Positions 25,883 through 37,512 of a stretch of 64,000 nt of DNA are shown here, one piece after another. Source of the stretch: Octopus sinensis (taxonomy: Eukaryota); assembly GCF_006345805.1 (NCBI RefSeq), contig NC_043000.1, forward strand, positions 66,960,001 through 67,024,000. Direction: 5' to 3'. Made by a program: the position numbers and the translations under genes. Below the pieces are notes generated by a model. The model saw only the letters and a program-made list of their open reading frames with translations, was not told the origin of the DNA and did no database searches. How positions within the stretch are numbered: position 1 is the first letter of the stretch; the number at the start of each line of letters is the position of its first letter.

Positions 25883-26009
25883 CTTTATCTTGATGCAGGA
25901 ATTTCTGACTTGTTTTTGTTCCATTTACTTCCTACCCACTTTTTTCTTTACTGCATATTTACCCCTACTGTTTTATTCAGTAACTTGAGTTTATACTTGT
26001 ACTGTAATA

Positions 26010-26560
26010 AAACAGTTGATAAAGAGGAAGCCTCATGTTGTTGCAAACTAACTGATGGTTTTGATTCATTTTGATTGCTACAAATATTAAAAACTCTCCC
26101 ATATACGAAGATTTGCAAATGGTACAATAATTTCAGTAGCTTGCATTATCATCAAAGGGAACCTTTTTCTTAATCAACAACAAAAGTTTCCGTTGCAAGA
26201 AATAAATTTGTTACAAAGAATTGAAGATTGAAGATCAATTATTTCATCTTTTCACAAGTTATCATCATGTCTTCCAATCTGGTTTTGAAGGGATGGATTA
26301 TCTGAGCAGTGATATTATTGACCATATCAAAATAATCATTGATGTTGGTTTTTAAAGCAACCAGATTTCAAAAGTTACACACATTATCTTGTGCATCAAT
26401 AATAGTAACTCATTCCTTGCATTTGAATTTTCAGCTGATTTACACGAGAAAAAATATCTGTCAAGTAAGTAAATGCTTCGGTAAATTTATTGCAAAAATG
26501 CTCATTCAAAGGGCATTTCCATTCTCAAAGAAAAATCTCCATTTCACTTTACTATTCTAA
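26010..26560 (-). pseudogene. Decayed hAT (Buster/ZBED5-like) transposase C-terminal fragment
   Basis: AFTYLTDIFSRVNQLKIQMQG, then VPFA...F.IFVAIKMNQ...MRL, with frameshifts and stops. Confidence 0.7.
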
Positions 26561-26814
26561 AATGCAAAATAAAACAAGCCTAGTGGAGTAGAACAGTATG
26601 TTTTAGTCTAACCAGATCATAGAACACTATAAAAAGGCAATGATTGAGAGAATAATTGAGGGCATATCATTAGTGACAACAGTTGAATCAATCATTTATT
26701 CAGTTGATGGATCATTCAGTTTGTTGCAATGTGTGCAGTTTCTGAAGCAGAGTTGACAATTATGAACTTCAGGTGGGTTGAGGGGGCTACCAAAAATCTT
26801 TATGTAATGTTAGG

Positions 26815-27700
26815 AAAGTCATTTTCTCACTCCTAAAGTCTCTAGATTAAGCAGGAGAAGAAGGTGAAGTTTTTCCTTGACTCTCCACTTGAAAGAATAC
26901 TTGTGTTGCATAAACCTTCCTTTGAAATCATTAGCTGTTATGCTTGTGTAATGTCTTATGAGGTCATTGGATGGTATAAAGAGAGCTCTATAGATCAGTC
27001 TTTGAAAAAACGGATCCTTCCAACGGACAGTTTGTGGAATTTCAACAGTTACAGATGAGGGTGGGTGCATGTTTCTGATGTAGCATGCAATGCTGGAAGT
27101 CATATTATCTAAGCATCAGTAACTAACCTTGTCCTTAGGGAAATTAAAGAGTCTATACCTAAGACTTTCTGAGAAATACTCTCTAATTATGGTCAAGATG
27201 CTTTTATTTAGGTTAGGCATAACTTCTATATTATGGATTAAACCAGATTACTTTTCTAGTTCTCTCTTCAGGTTTGTGGGTGGGTCTTGAGTTTCTCCAC
27301 ATACATTAAAAAGTGAAACCACCCCTTGTTGGTTCCCTGTTATAATGGGGTACTGTCCTGTTGAAGATGTTTCTGCTAATGGGAAATTCTATTGATGCCT
27401 ATAACTAGATTTCTAATTATGGCTAGGGAGTGGTTGGAGTTTCTATCGATCTAAACAGTTTCCTCATGCTTTCTTTTGGAGTAGTTTAAGTTGGTGCTCA
27501 GTTATTGTTAGGCCAGATTCTTTGAGGATGTTTATAAGTTTCTTTTGGGACTTATCCATGATTCAAAATTGTAAGACCATTATCCTCGTAGAAGGATGAA
27601 CTTTGGAGATGTGTATACTTTTTTAATGTATCCAAGATAACTTGATGTTATGTTATGTGGTGTGCTATATATAATACTATCCCATGATAACCCTTGCCTA
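26815..27700 (-). mobile_element. Decayed Penelope-like element (RT C-terminus + GIY-YIG endonuclease)
   Basis: SNHSLAIIRN...RKVIWFNP...KVSY*CLDNM, then LIYRA...HYTSITANDFKGRF.QHKYSF. A probably related + strand segment follows at 27.7-28.7 kb. Confidence 0.8.
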
Positions 27701-29229
27701 GTTAGTCTGACTTCATCCTATTTTGGTGATTACACTATTTTCCTTTTTATGTTCTACCCTACTGATTATATCATGTATATTTGTAGTGACTTTATGTAAA
27801 AAAGTCTCCTTTCGACTAAATCATATACCTCCTAGAAACGATAAAATCATACATACAATAGCACCTGTAACATTACACCTTATAAAATCTCTTTGGTCTG
27901 GATACCTTTAACTGTCCTCGCTACTTCTATACCTATTACCCCCTCTTTTTGGGTTACCTTTATCTCTTCCCTACCTCTAATTTTTAATCCCTTGTCTCTT
28001 TATATGTAGGTTATATGTATCTTATTATTTTGTTTTCTTATTTTGATATCTTCACTTTCTTATCCCTTATAAATTGTTATTTTTCTTGTTCTTAAATAGA
28101 TATTTTTCAGTTACTTAAGTCTATGTGAGATGGTTATACTATATCCATATAAATGCATAAATATTTGTGTATGTGTATATATGCATATATTAATGTGTGT
28201 GTATCTATATGCATCTTTACTATGTATATCTTTCCAGTTATTCCATAAGTAAATGTCCTGAGCAGTCTTTATAGAAACCACCTAATAAGTAATTAATTAA
28301 GCACATAAATGAATATTAAACTAATTCTATGTACTCTTTCCTTTTTAATGTTTATAATTGATATGTACGCACCTTTTACGTATCTTGGTCATGATATCAT
28401 TTTTGAAATTCTTAAATTTTATTTTTATACAACATAACAATATTGTTTATAAACAATCACCCATAGTACCCCAAAATAAAATTTGCTCTGTATTAACTTT
28501 TTAAGTTTCTTAGTGTTTTACCCATTTAACTGGTAATTAACATTATGATTTAAAGTCTGTGCCTACCCTTCCTCTTTTTATAGACAGTTACTTATATCCA
28601 ACTGACTACTAATGTCTTATTTCCTCCCTGAGGAAAAGGGATACATATGTTAATATTTATCACCATACCTAGCCATGAGCTGTCAACTTACTCTTCTTCT
28701 TTATTCAAAATAGACACAGACTTCTAGTCTTAGATTTAGTAGTTGATAAAGAGATAAATGAATTAGAAATGAATTACAATTCCTTACACTATGATCCCAA
28801 TAGGCTTCATGTGATTCTTGGCAGTGTAGTCTATTCTTAGCTACAATAGTGACACCATGAATTTCTTCCATCTTGTTGCTCTGTTAAAATATTTGCAAAA
28901 AATTATATTACTGTGTCCTACTTGTTCAAATTCTATTTGTTTGTGCAGCTGAAGATGCCACTGCATTTAAATTGATGTAATGATTGCATTGTTCAATTAA
29001 ATGGAACCACTTGAAATGGTTGTACTGCATCACTATTTGATATCCTGTTGTTTATTTTGATATATATATTATATATATATATATATATATAGACATAGTG
29101 AAAGTATTAATAGTTAAACTATTAAATCTGAAAGTATTATCTCACATTACAATAAAAATGTTATTGTTTCACTTTTGACACGTAATACTGAAATAGTGTA
29201 AGAGATAAGAGGTTGCTCCGGGCTTGCAT

Positions 29230-29388
29230 TAGGCAAGAAATTGAAAATTTTTTTCACTTATGGCATTGCATGGACCCTAAGTAAAGCATGTGTAAAATTT
29301 GAATGAAATTGGTTGGGTAGTTTTCGAGTTTTAGTGATGCACACAGACACACATTCTCAGTTATATATATATAACTGAGAATGTGTGT
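29230..29388 (+). mobile_element. Non-autonomous Helitron/Helentron-like (HINE-type) end. Similar ends at ~34340-34480, ~36280-36450, 36515-37480 and ~55830-55990
   Basis: aaattt..tgaaattggttgggtagtttt.gagtt...cacagacacac...ttatatatata organisation. Family assignment by resemblance only. Confidence 0.5.
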
Positions 29389-29457
29389 ATGTATGCATCT
29401 ATCTATTTATTTATCAATCTATCTAAACATGTAGGGAAATCAGATCAAATTTCACTT

Positions 29458-29492
<35 letters not shown>

Positions 29493-29495
<3 letters not shown>

Positions 29496-30939
29496 ATTTG
29501 GCTCAAAAGCAAATAGCAAGGCCATGTAGGGGGACATGGAGTTAAGTACAGGGTGGTGTTCATGTAAAGAGTTCAGGCCACTTGAGGTCAAGGGAGGCTT
29601 TGAACAAAGCGGTCGTCGGCATCTTCACCATCTCGTTTGGCAGCTTGTTCCACGGATCCGCAACCCGGACGGAGAAAGCTCCTCTCCTTCGATTGAGATG
29701 AAATCGTCGCAGGTAGAGCTTTTCGGAATGACCCCGCAGCTGACGCTCTGGAGCAGGAGTGAAGAACAGCTCTTTCGAGAGGTTACACTTTCCGCTTATG
29801 ATGTTGTGGGCGAGAATGAGATCACCACGGCGGCGGCGTTTTTCAAGAGAATAAAGGTCGAGCGTCCTCAGCCTTTCTTCATAGGACAAATTTTTGAGAC
29901 CATGAACCATGCGGGTAGCCAGCTTCTGGACTCTTTCGAGATGCTGTATGTCTTTGAGGAGATAAGGAGAGGAGGCTTGAATCCCGTACTCCAATATGGG
30001 TCTCACCAGCGTGACATAGAGTGGTAGGAATATGGCTGCTGTGAGCATTCCGAATGACCGTCGAATCAAGAACAGAATTCCGCGTGCTTTGTTGGCAGCA
30101 TGGACGCACTGGGCCGAAGGCAAAAAGGAGGAATCCACCAAGATACCCAGGTCCTTTACCTGATCGGTCCTCTCCAGCAGCAGACGACCCGGCTCGAAAT
30201 CAAGTTGAGTTGCAGGAGGAGAGCCAACAGGCAGATGACAGCACTTTGACACGTTCAGACACAGGTCCCATTCGTTAGACCACTTCCAAATTTGGTGGAG
30301 GCATCGACGAAGATCCTCTATATCACCGCGAGGAGCAACCAGTTTGATATCGTCGGCAAATAGAAGGGTGTGTTGCGTGAGGTCGTCGGGCAAGTCATTT
30401 ATGAAGACTAAGAACAATAAGGGCCCAAGCACTGAACCTTGAGGCACGCCACTGCTTGCACTGGAGATGTCGGACCGCGAACCATTAACTTGGACTTGGA
30501 AGGAGCGATTTGAGAGGAAGGCACCAACCCATCGTACAATATTCGGATGGAAACTATATGCTTGAAGCTTGACAAGTAATAGGCGGTGGTTTACCGAGTC
30601 AAAAGCTTTGGCAAAGTCCAATAAAACGATGTCAACAGCATCACTATCATCAAGGATGCGCGTCACCAATTCTTCCATTTCCAGTAAGTTGGTCAAGCAT
30701 GATCTCTTCGGCACGAAGCCGTGTTGGGAATCAGAGATAGAGGCTGTGTTTTGGAGGTGGAGCATCATACTTTTCTTAAGGATGGTTTCGAACATCTTGC
30801 TGATTATTGATGTAAGGGAAACCGGTCGGTAGTTAAGCGGGTCTTCGCGGCTCCCTTTCTTGAAAATTGGGCAGATTATCGCTGTTCTCCAGTCCGCAGG
30901 TATAACACCCGTCGGATCAGAAACTATGCATTGTTTCAT
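29493..30939 (-). mobile_element. 5'-truncated CR1/L2-clade LINE with an uninterrupted 459-codon RT ORF (29560-30939)
   Basis: PIFKKG...NYRPVSLTS...QHGF...LDFAKAFDSV...GVPQGSVLGPLLF...FADD. 3' stem-loop ccatgt-ccccct-acatgg at 29522-29539 and a (TAAC)n tail. Confidence 0.95.
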
Positions 30940-30974
30940 TATATAAAAGGGGGTTAATACGATTTTGTCCAGAA

Positions 30975-31540
30975 ATTACATTTTCAAAATTTTAATTTCC
31001 CTCTATCCCCAACACAATTTCTTAATTTGTAACTTTTTCAAATTTTTTTTTCATTTGTTATCTACATAGAAAAATACAGAGATTATGAATCTGGGAAATA
31101 TATATATTTTTTAAAGTTTAATTTTTCTTAAAAAACACTCAATGCCTCTTCTCCCACCTCGCTCATCCATCACCTACCAGCTTTCAAAAACTAAAATCTC
31201 CCAGTCTTTTACTTTTGTCTGATGTTTCCCACATGCGTAGAATTCTACTGAAATAGCAGACTTAAAAAATACCAGACCACCACCAGAAAACCCAGCAAGC
31301 TAGAAACAACAGGTAAACGACATTATTTCTGAAGAAACTTCCTTGCTTTCCAAAAAGCTAAAAGTGTAACATTGGGAGTATGTAGCATTTTGAAAGTGGT
31401 GAGGTGATGAGTAAAATTCTGAGAGATTCGTAGTCTCTGTTTTTTCTCCATGAGTTATCAAGAATAAAAATTTGAAAAAGTAAAAGATGAATTTGGTGTG
31501 GAGAGGGAGAAAATTTAAATATTGAGAATGTATTTTGTGG
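30975..31540. repeat. Diverged inverted repeat (MITE-like)
   Basis: ~30975-31095 pairs with ~31425-31540 (acagagattatgaatc / gattcgtagtctctgt). Confidence 0.6.
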
Positions 31541-32973
31541 GTGAAATCCTAATGTCCTGTATTGCAAACATAGGAATTGGAAGAAATTTAGGAAAAAAAA
31601 TAGGCAGGTGGAAATGTCACCTCGGACATGCTAACAAGAAGAGGTAAAGGTCAGGATTTCTGGGAAAACTTCCTTTTAAGTTTATATTGAAGATCAGGTT
31701 TTTAAATATGCTCATCGCAAACACAAATTATACAATAGAAAAAGATAATTTCAGTTGGGTTTGAGCTGTAAATTTGCATGTGCACGCTGCAAGAATTAAC
31801 ATAATTCGCACAAAAGTTTTACCTAGAGTGTGTGTATGCATGTGTGTGTGTGTCAAAGGAAGTTATTTTATGGCATTCTTTCATTTGAAGAAGCAAAGTT
31901 GTCAACTAAACATATATGGGATCATATGACTGTTAATTTCCATAAAATTGTTTTAATTTCTGTATGCTTTGAAGAGAGGAGAAATTGAAAGAGGATAAAT
32001 TGTAAGATGTAAGTGTAAATGAAATGGATGCGTGTGTGTGAGAGAGAGAGAGAGAGAAAAGAGAGTGAGTGAAGGTGTGTGTTGTGACATGAAATTTTTT
32101 GCATGTATGTGCAAGTGGCACTCACTTACTCTCTCTCTCACACACACACACATTATCTTTCATATACACCGAGAGTGTGTAGTCTTGATCTTCACCCATA
32201 AATACATATGCATACATCTTTTTTGTGCATGAGAGAGAGAGAGAAAGGCTGTATTTCCTCATAACATATAGAAAAATAGATGTCTTTTAATGCAATTTTT
32301 TTGGTTGTGGCTTATTTTAATACAATAAGTGTACATTTTCATAAATGTTTGTCTGAGTAGAATTCTATGCATGTGTAAAACATCAGATGAAAGTGATACA
32401 TTAGAAGCAAATCAAAATATTGTCTGAAAATGACCTCAAAATTGTGTGACCCAACCTAGTTGCCATGGTTATTTTAGTTGTAAGAAAGAGTTGTTGAATC
32501 AAAAACATAGTTTATTTGGTAGATAGATAATAAGCAGCTTTCTTTATTATAATACAGATGTGACTTATTCGGAGAAACATTACTTTCAATATTCACACAT
32601 CATTGTTCACATAATGCAACATTTTGTAATTTTGGTTAAATTGAAAGTGTGAAACTATTTTCATTTTGTAATGGTCATTGTAGAGAAGTGTATTTAAAAT
32701 AACTATAGCTGGTTATTGAGGTAATGTAGAAAATATGTAAATGAAAATAAGGTTTATTTGACATGTGTAAATGATTTGATTGTTCTGGAAGGTGATGTGC
32801 TGGCAGAATCGTTAGCATGCCGGTATTTACCAGTCTTTATGTTCAGAGTTCAAATGCCACCAGGGTCAACTTTGTCTTTCATCCTTTCAGGTTCAACAAA
32901 TCAAGTACCAGTGAGACACTGGAGTCGATGTAATCGACTGATCCCCTCCCCTGAAATTTCAGGCCTTGTACTT

Positions 32974-33285
32974 TTAGTAGAAAGGATTTGATTGTTCTGG
33001 TCTTAATATCAGTTGGTAAGAACAGAAGTCATTTGACAACACCCTTTTGTTTGTAATTTTATATCCTGTTGCAGATTCAATCCAAGGAATATTGAAATAA
33101 TACCCATCTTGTCCATTCAACAGAATAAGATTATACTGGAGAGCATCATAAGAGGAATGAGACTGTGAAACATGTTTAAGAATGAGAATATCATGATTTT
33201 CAATGGGATCACCGACCATAAGGATGGCTACTTCATTAAATGTGGGCTCATTAAAACAGTGTAAAATGTTCTTTACTATAGGTGT
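32974..33285 (-). pseudogene. Helitron Rep/helicase N-terminal remnant
   Basis: FNEPTFNEVAILMVGDP...HSSYDALQY.L....GQDGY...V.S.DF.SYQL..R resembles the Helitron_like_N region. Confidence 0.8.
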
Positions 33286-34482
33286 AACACAGAAACACAT
33301 ACACTCACAGAATTGATAATAATGAAAACAGCAAAATGTACACACATGAAGTTCAAGCGAAATGAAATGTAGTCAATATAGGTGCAAAGTATACTTTCTG
33401 TAGCATAGTTGTGCTATAAAAAAATGGAAAGTCACCAATCTAGCAAAAGTTAGTATGTCACTAATGTAACAAAGTACAGAAAATCAACATTTATTTGGAA
33501 CATGTACTAAATTTTATAAAATTCACAATTGAATGAATGTCATGGTGAAGAAAGTGAAAGTTAAAGAAAATTCAGAAGGCATAATTCAATTTTTCATACA
33601 AAAATAATTTATTTTACATTTTGAAACAAATGCTGACCAAAGTGAATAAAAAGGAAGATGCTGTTTTTGAACTTGTAACATTATAGGCTGTAGAATAAAT
33701 ACTGAGTAACACAGTAAAAAGGTTGTGCGATATTGATACAGTGATGAAGAATACAAGGACTGTTAAAAAAAACATTATCTTGAAACTGGTTAAAAGGAGT
33801 GGAATAACATTTCTGTAATTATATTGAAAGAGCCACTGAGGCTTTCTACTTTGCCAAGTTTCTGAATTTGTTATAATAACCAGCATAATATTTTTTTTCC
33901 AGATATATTTGAGAGTATTGTGAATGGTGTTAATTCAGCCAAATCTTCATGTTGGTAGTACTTGAAAATGAACGCTGTTGTTTGTTTGAAAATGAGGCCA
34001 CAAGTAAACTTTCAATATTGGCGCATTTCACTGTTGGGGTGGGGAGTTACATGCATAAAGTAAGAGACACACATACACGAAGGAAAACCTGAAGCCTGTG
34101 TCTGTCTGTGTTTAGATGTGTGTGTGTGTGTCAGTCATCTTAAAAAAGTGTGTATACTGACATATACTACACTGTAACACACAAACTTGTCAGTCATCGG
34201 CCTAACCTAGGTAACAAACATGTGAACACACTCATATAGAAAATGTGACATCATTGACATTGTGGTGGTGATGTAAAATGTTGTTTATAATAGATGACTA
34301 AAAGAAAAATGATAATGTAAAATTTTTGTAATGCAAATATGTGAATGAAAATATAGTTTAGTTGTTAGCCAAAAGCTTACTGAATCTTTTGATACCCCTT
34401 ACGTCAAAATCGGCAACTTGGTTTTGGAATGCATAAGGAACATAGGCACACACACATACAAACTCTTTTTTATAGTTATAGA

Positions 34483-35500
34483 CTAGCTTAAGGAGATCCA
34501 CTCTACGCGCGGGTAAGAGTGTGGTTGTTATTTTCTGTTGCATCCTTTCAGCACATAAAAAGCACCATCCGAACGTGGCCGATGGCAGCGCACCTTGACT
34601 GGCTTCTGTGGCGGTGGCACGTAAAAAGCACCAACCGATCGTGGCCGCTGCCAGTGCCCCTACCGCCGTGGCATGAAAAAAGCACCCACTACAATCACGG
34701 AGTGGTTGGCGTTAGGAAGGGCATCCAGCTGTAGAAACACTGCCAGATCAGACTAGAGCCTGGTGCAGCCTCCTGGCTTCCCAGACCCCGGTCAAACCGT
34801 CCAACCTGTGCTAGCACGGAAAACGGACATTAAACGATGATGATGATGATGATGATTCTCCCTGTTTGTTTCTCTCTCCCTTTCCCACTCTCTTACTCTT
34901 CCTTTCTCTCGGACTCTCCCTCGCTTTCTCTTACTCTCTATCTTTATCTATCTCTCTCCCATTTATAAACAACAAAAGATCTTGAGTAAGTTGAGAAAGA
35001 AAGTAGTTTGAAAGATCAATCATAAATATCAGGCAGTGACAACGCAAAGGTCTGCTTCAAGGCAGAAAGCAAAACACTAACATTTAAAAGGGAGAGACGA
35101 ACTTGCGAGCTGAATAAAAATAAAAAAATATTGGAAACCAAAGTTTGAAAGGATAGAATCTGAGGATAGTAGAGTCACCATGGTTGGCATTTCTTAACGA
35201 CGGACAGTAACATAGTGGCAGTTTAACGGCTGGCATAAAATTTTGAACTTGATGTGAAAGAAAATTCCTAAACACCAAGCTTTGAAGTGATTCTTTCTCA
35301 TGACAGTAAACTCACCATGGCAAGCATTCAAAACTTCTTCATCATGGACGGCAACACATTGATAATTTAAAGGCTGGCGCAAATTTTTTAGCTTCATGTA
35401 AAAGTGAATTCCTAAACACCTGCTCCTGTAAATTTTAATCCCCTTCAAGCCCTATTTAGGCCTCTTTTCACATTTTGGTTAATATAACCCGATTTCATTC
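34483..35500 (-). mobile_element. Probable non-autonomous Helitron, interrupted by an RTE tail
   Basis: On the minus strand, hairpin cactct..cccgcgcg..agagtg then ~11 nt, then CTAG|T at 34483. Internal ~135-bp tandem duplication at 35170-35420. 5' end uncertain. Confidence 0.55.
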
Positions 35501-35673
35501 GGGTCTACTCGGGTCACATGTTATAAGATGAGGAATTTTGTCCTAGAGGTCACGCTTTTCATTTGAGGAAAAAAATAGTTGCCATGCAAACTTGCCAGCA
35601 CTTTTAACATAGGTGTGCATATTTTCAGCACAACCGACCACATAATGCACACATTATATATATATATACGCAT

Positions 35674-35706
<33 letters not shown>

Positions 35707-37473
35707 ACGCATTATATATACAAATAAATTAAATTAGAGATAAAACCACTATTAGGCAAATCAAACAATGAAAAACAAAAACATAAAAATAAAAACATAA
35801 TATACAAAATATATAAAATTTAAATTATTTAAATTTAAAATTAAAATTATTAAATTATATTTATAATTTAAAAAAAAATATATATATAACTATCAAAAAG
35901 TATTAAAAAGTTTAACATACATATTTATATATAGAACACATACACACACACACATATAAATTAACCCAATAAATATCTGATTCATAATATTTGTTCTCAT
36001 GATTGTGTGGTGGTGGCGGCGATGATAATTCTGTCTATGAATGCAGACAGACGTAGAAAGAGAGTGTGAAAGCGCTGTCGAAGGCAGGGAGGGGGAGATA
36101 TAGAACGCTGTTTGACGACGTTATAAAGAGAAAGTGAAGGGGAGTTAGACGCTATTAAACGACGTTATATATAGAAAGTGATGGGAAGGGAGGAAATAGA
36201 GTGAGTGACGGAGGAAGACAGATACATAAAAGAATGAGAGTAGACTTGTCAAAGTGCGTTTTTGGCCCTAGCAACGACACCTTTTAAGATAAGGATTTCT
36301 AACCTAGCCCACTGGCATCCTCACCTCATTTTACATGTCCCTGTAAATTTTGGAGTCAATCCGACGGGATCTAGTGGCCTTTAACCCGTTCTCAATGCCA
36401 AGACCAGACAAACAAACAAGCTTTTCGCATTTCAGATTTATAATATAGAGATATATATACATACGTATATATCATCATTGTTTAATGTCCGTTTTCCGTG
36501 CTAGCACAATATATATATTTATATATATTATATAAAATCCATTCTGTCTGTCTGTGTGTGTGTCTTCTAGAATCTCAGGCGTCCTCCATCTGATTACGCT
36601 CAAATTTGATATGCAGATACTGACAGTATCAGGATGTGTGTAAGTCTTGAAAAAATTACAAAAATCGATTCCAGGTGAGAATGCGATCGATAAAGCCGTG
36701 GGAACGTGCATTTGTATGTTAAAGTACATCAGCTGTTGCGGTCAATACTACGCTTACGTGAGAAAAATGGCTGTAGGCAACAATAAACTTAACTTTTAAA
36801 AGTTCAATGATAATTCTTCTGCCTTAATTTAAAGACAATTTGACATACGTAGGGCCTTACTTTTCATGCAAACAATTATTTGTAGTTGCTGGTACTCTAA
36901 ATTCCTGTTTGTAGTCTGAAGGAAAATTACACAACTGTCACTAAACATTATTTTAAAGTGCGATTTTTATGGTTTGGAACTGCTCTAAACGTATTGAACT
37001 GCAAAAATGTTTGAAATTTAGAATTATTTTACAGTAATAATAAAATTAGTCGAATCTATTTTCATGCGCACTAAGTTTCCACAGCTCTAATGGCTGACAG
37101 CGTGAAAATAGCTCTGACAAATTTTATTAATATCTGAAAAAATACTAAGTTTCCAACATTTTTATGGTAGAGAGTTATGAGAGGAAATATTGTATGAGAA
37201 AGTGAGTTCAATATGTATTTCAGTTCCAAACATTATGAAGCACGTGTTATGGTTAAATTACTTGATACAGTTATAATATTTGGAGAAAGATGTTTTTCAA
37301 AATGTTAGGATTAAAAAAAATACAAACCAAGAATGAAGAATAGTAGAAGAGTCATTGAATAGTGAGAGAAGGGTAAATAATGAGGAATAGTAGAAGTATC
37401 ATTGAATAGTGAGAAAGGGGGTCGGAGAAGCAAAATTGAAAAAGTATGACACACTGATATTCACTTTCGCATT

Positions 37474-37512
<39 letters not shown>

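Noticed and set aside
28605-28690. CTGAGGA core near the Penelope remnant
   Set aside because: No GAAA partner or stems.
29536-30832. Plus-strand ORFs of 163, 74 and 87 aa
   Set aside because: Antisense shadows of the GC-rich RT ORF.
33614-33886. 90-aa hydrophobic minus-strand ORF
   Set aside because: No splice signals or recognisable motif. Hydrophobicity is expected from T-rich sequence.
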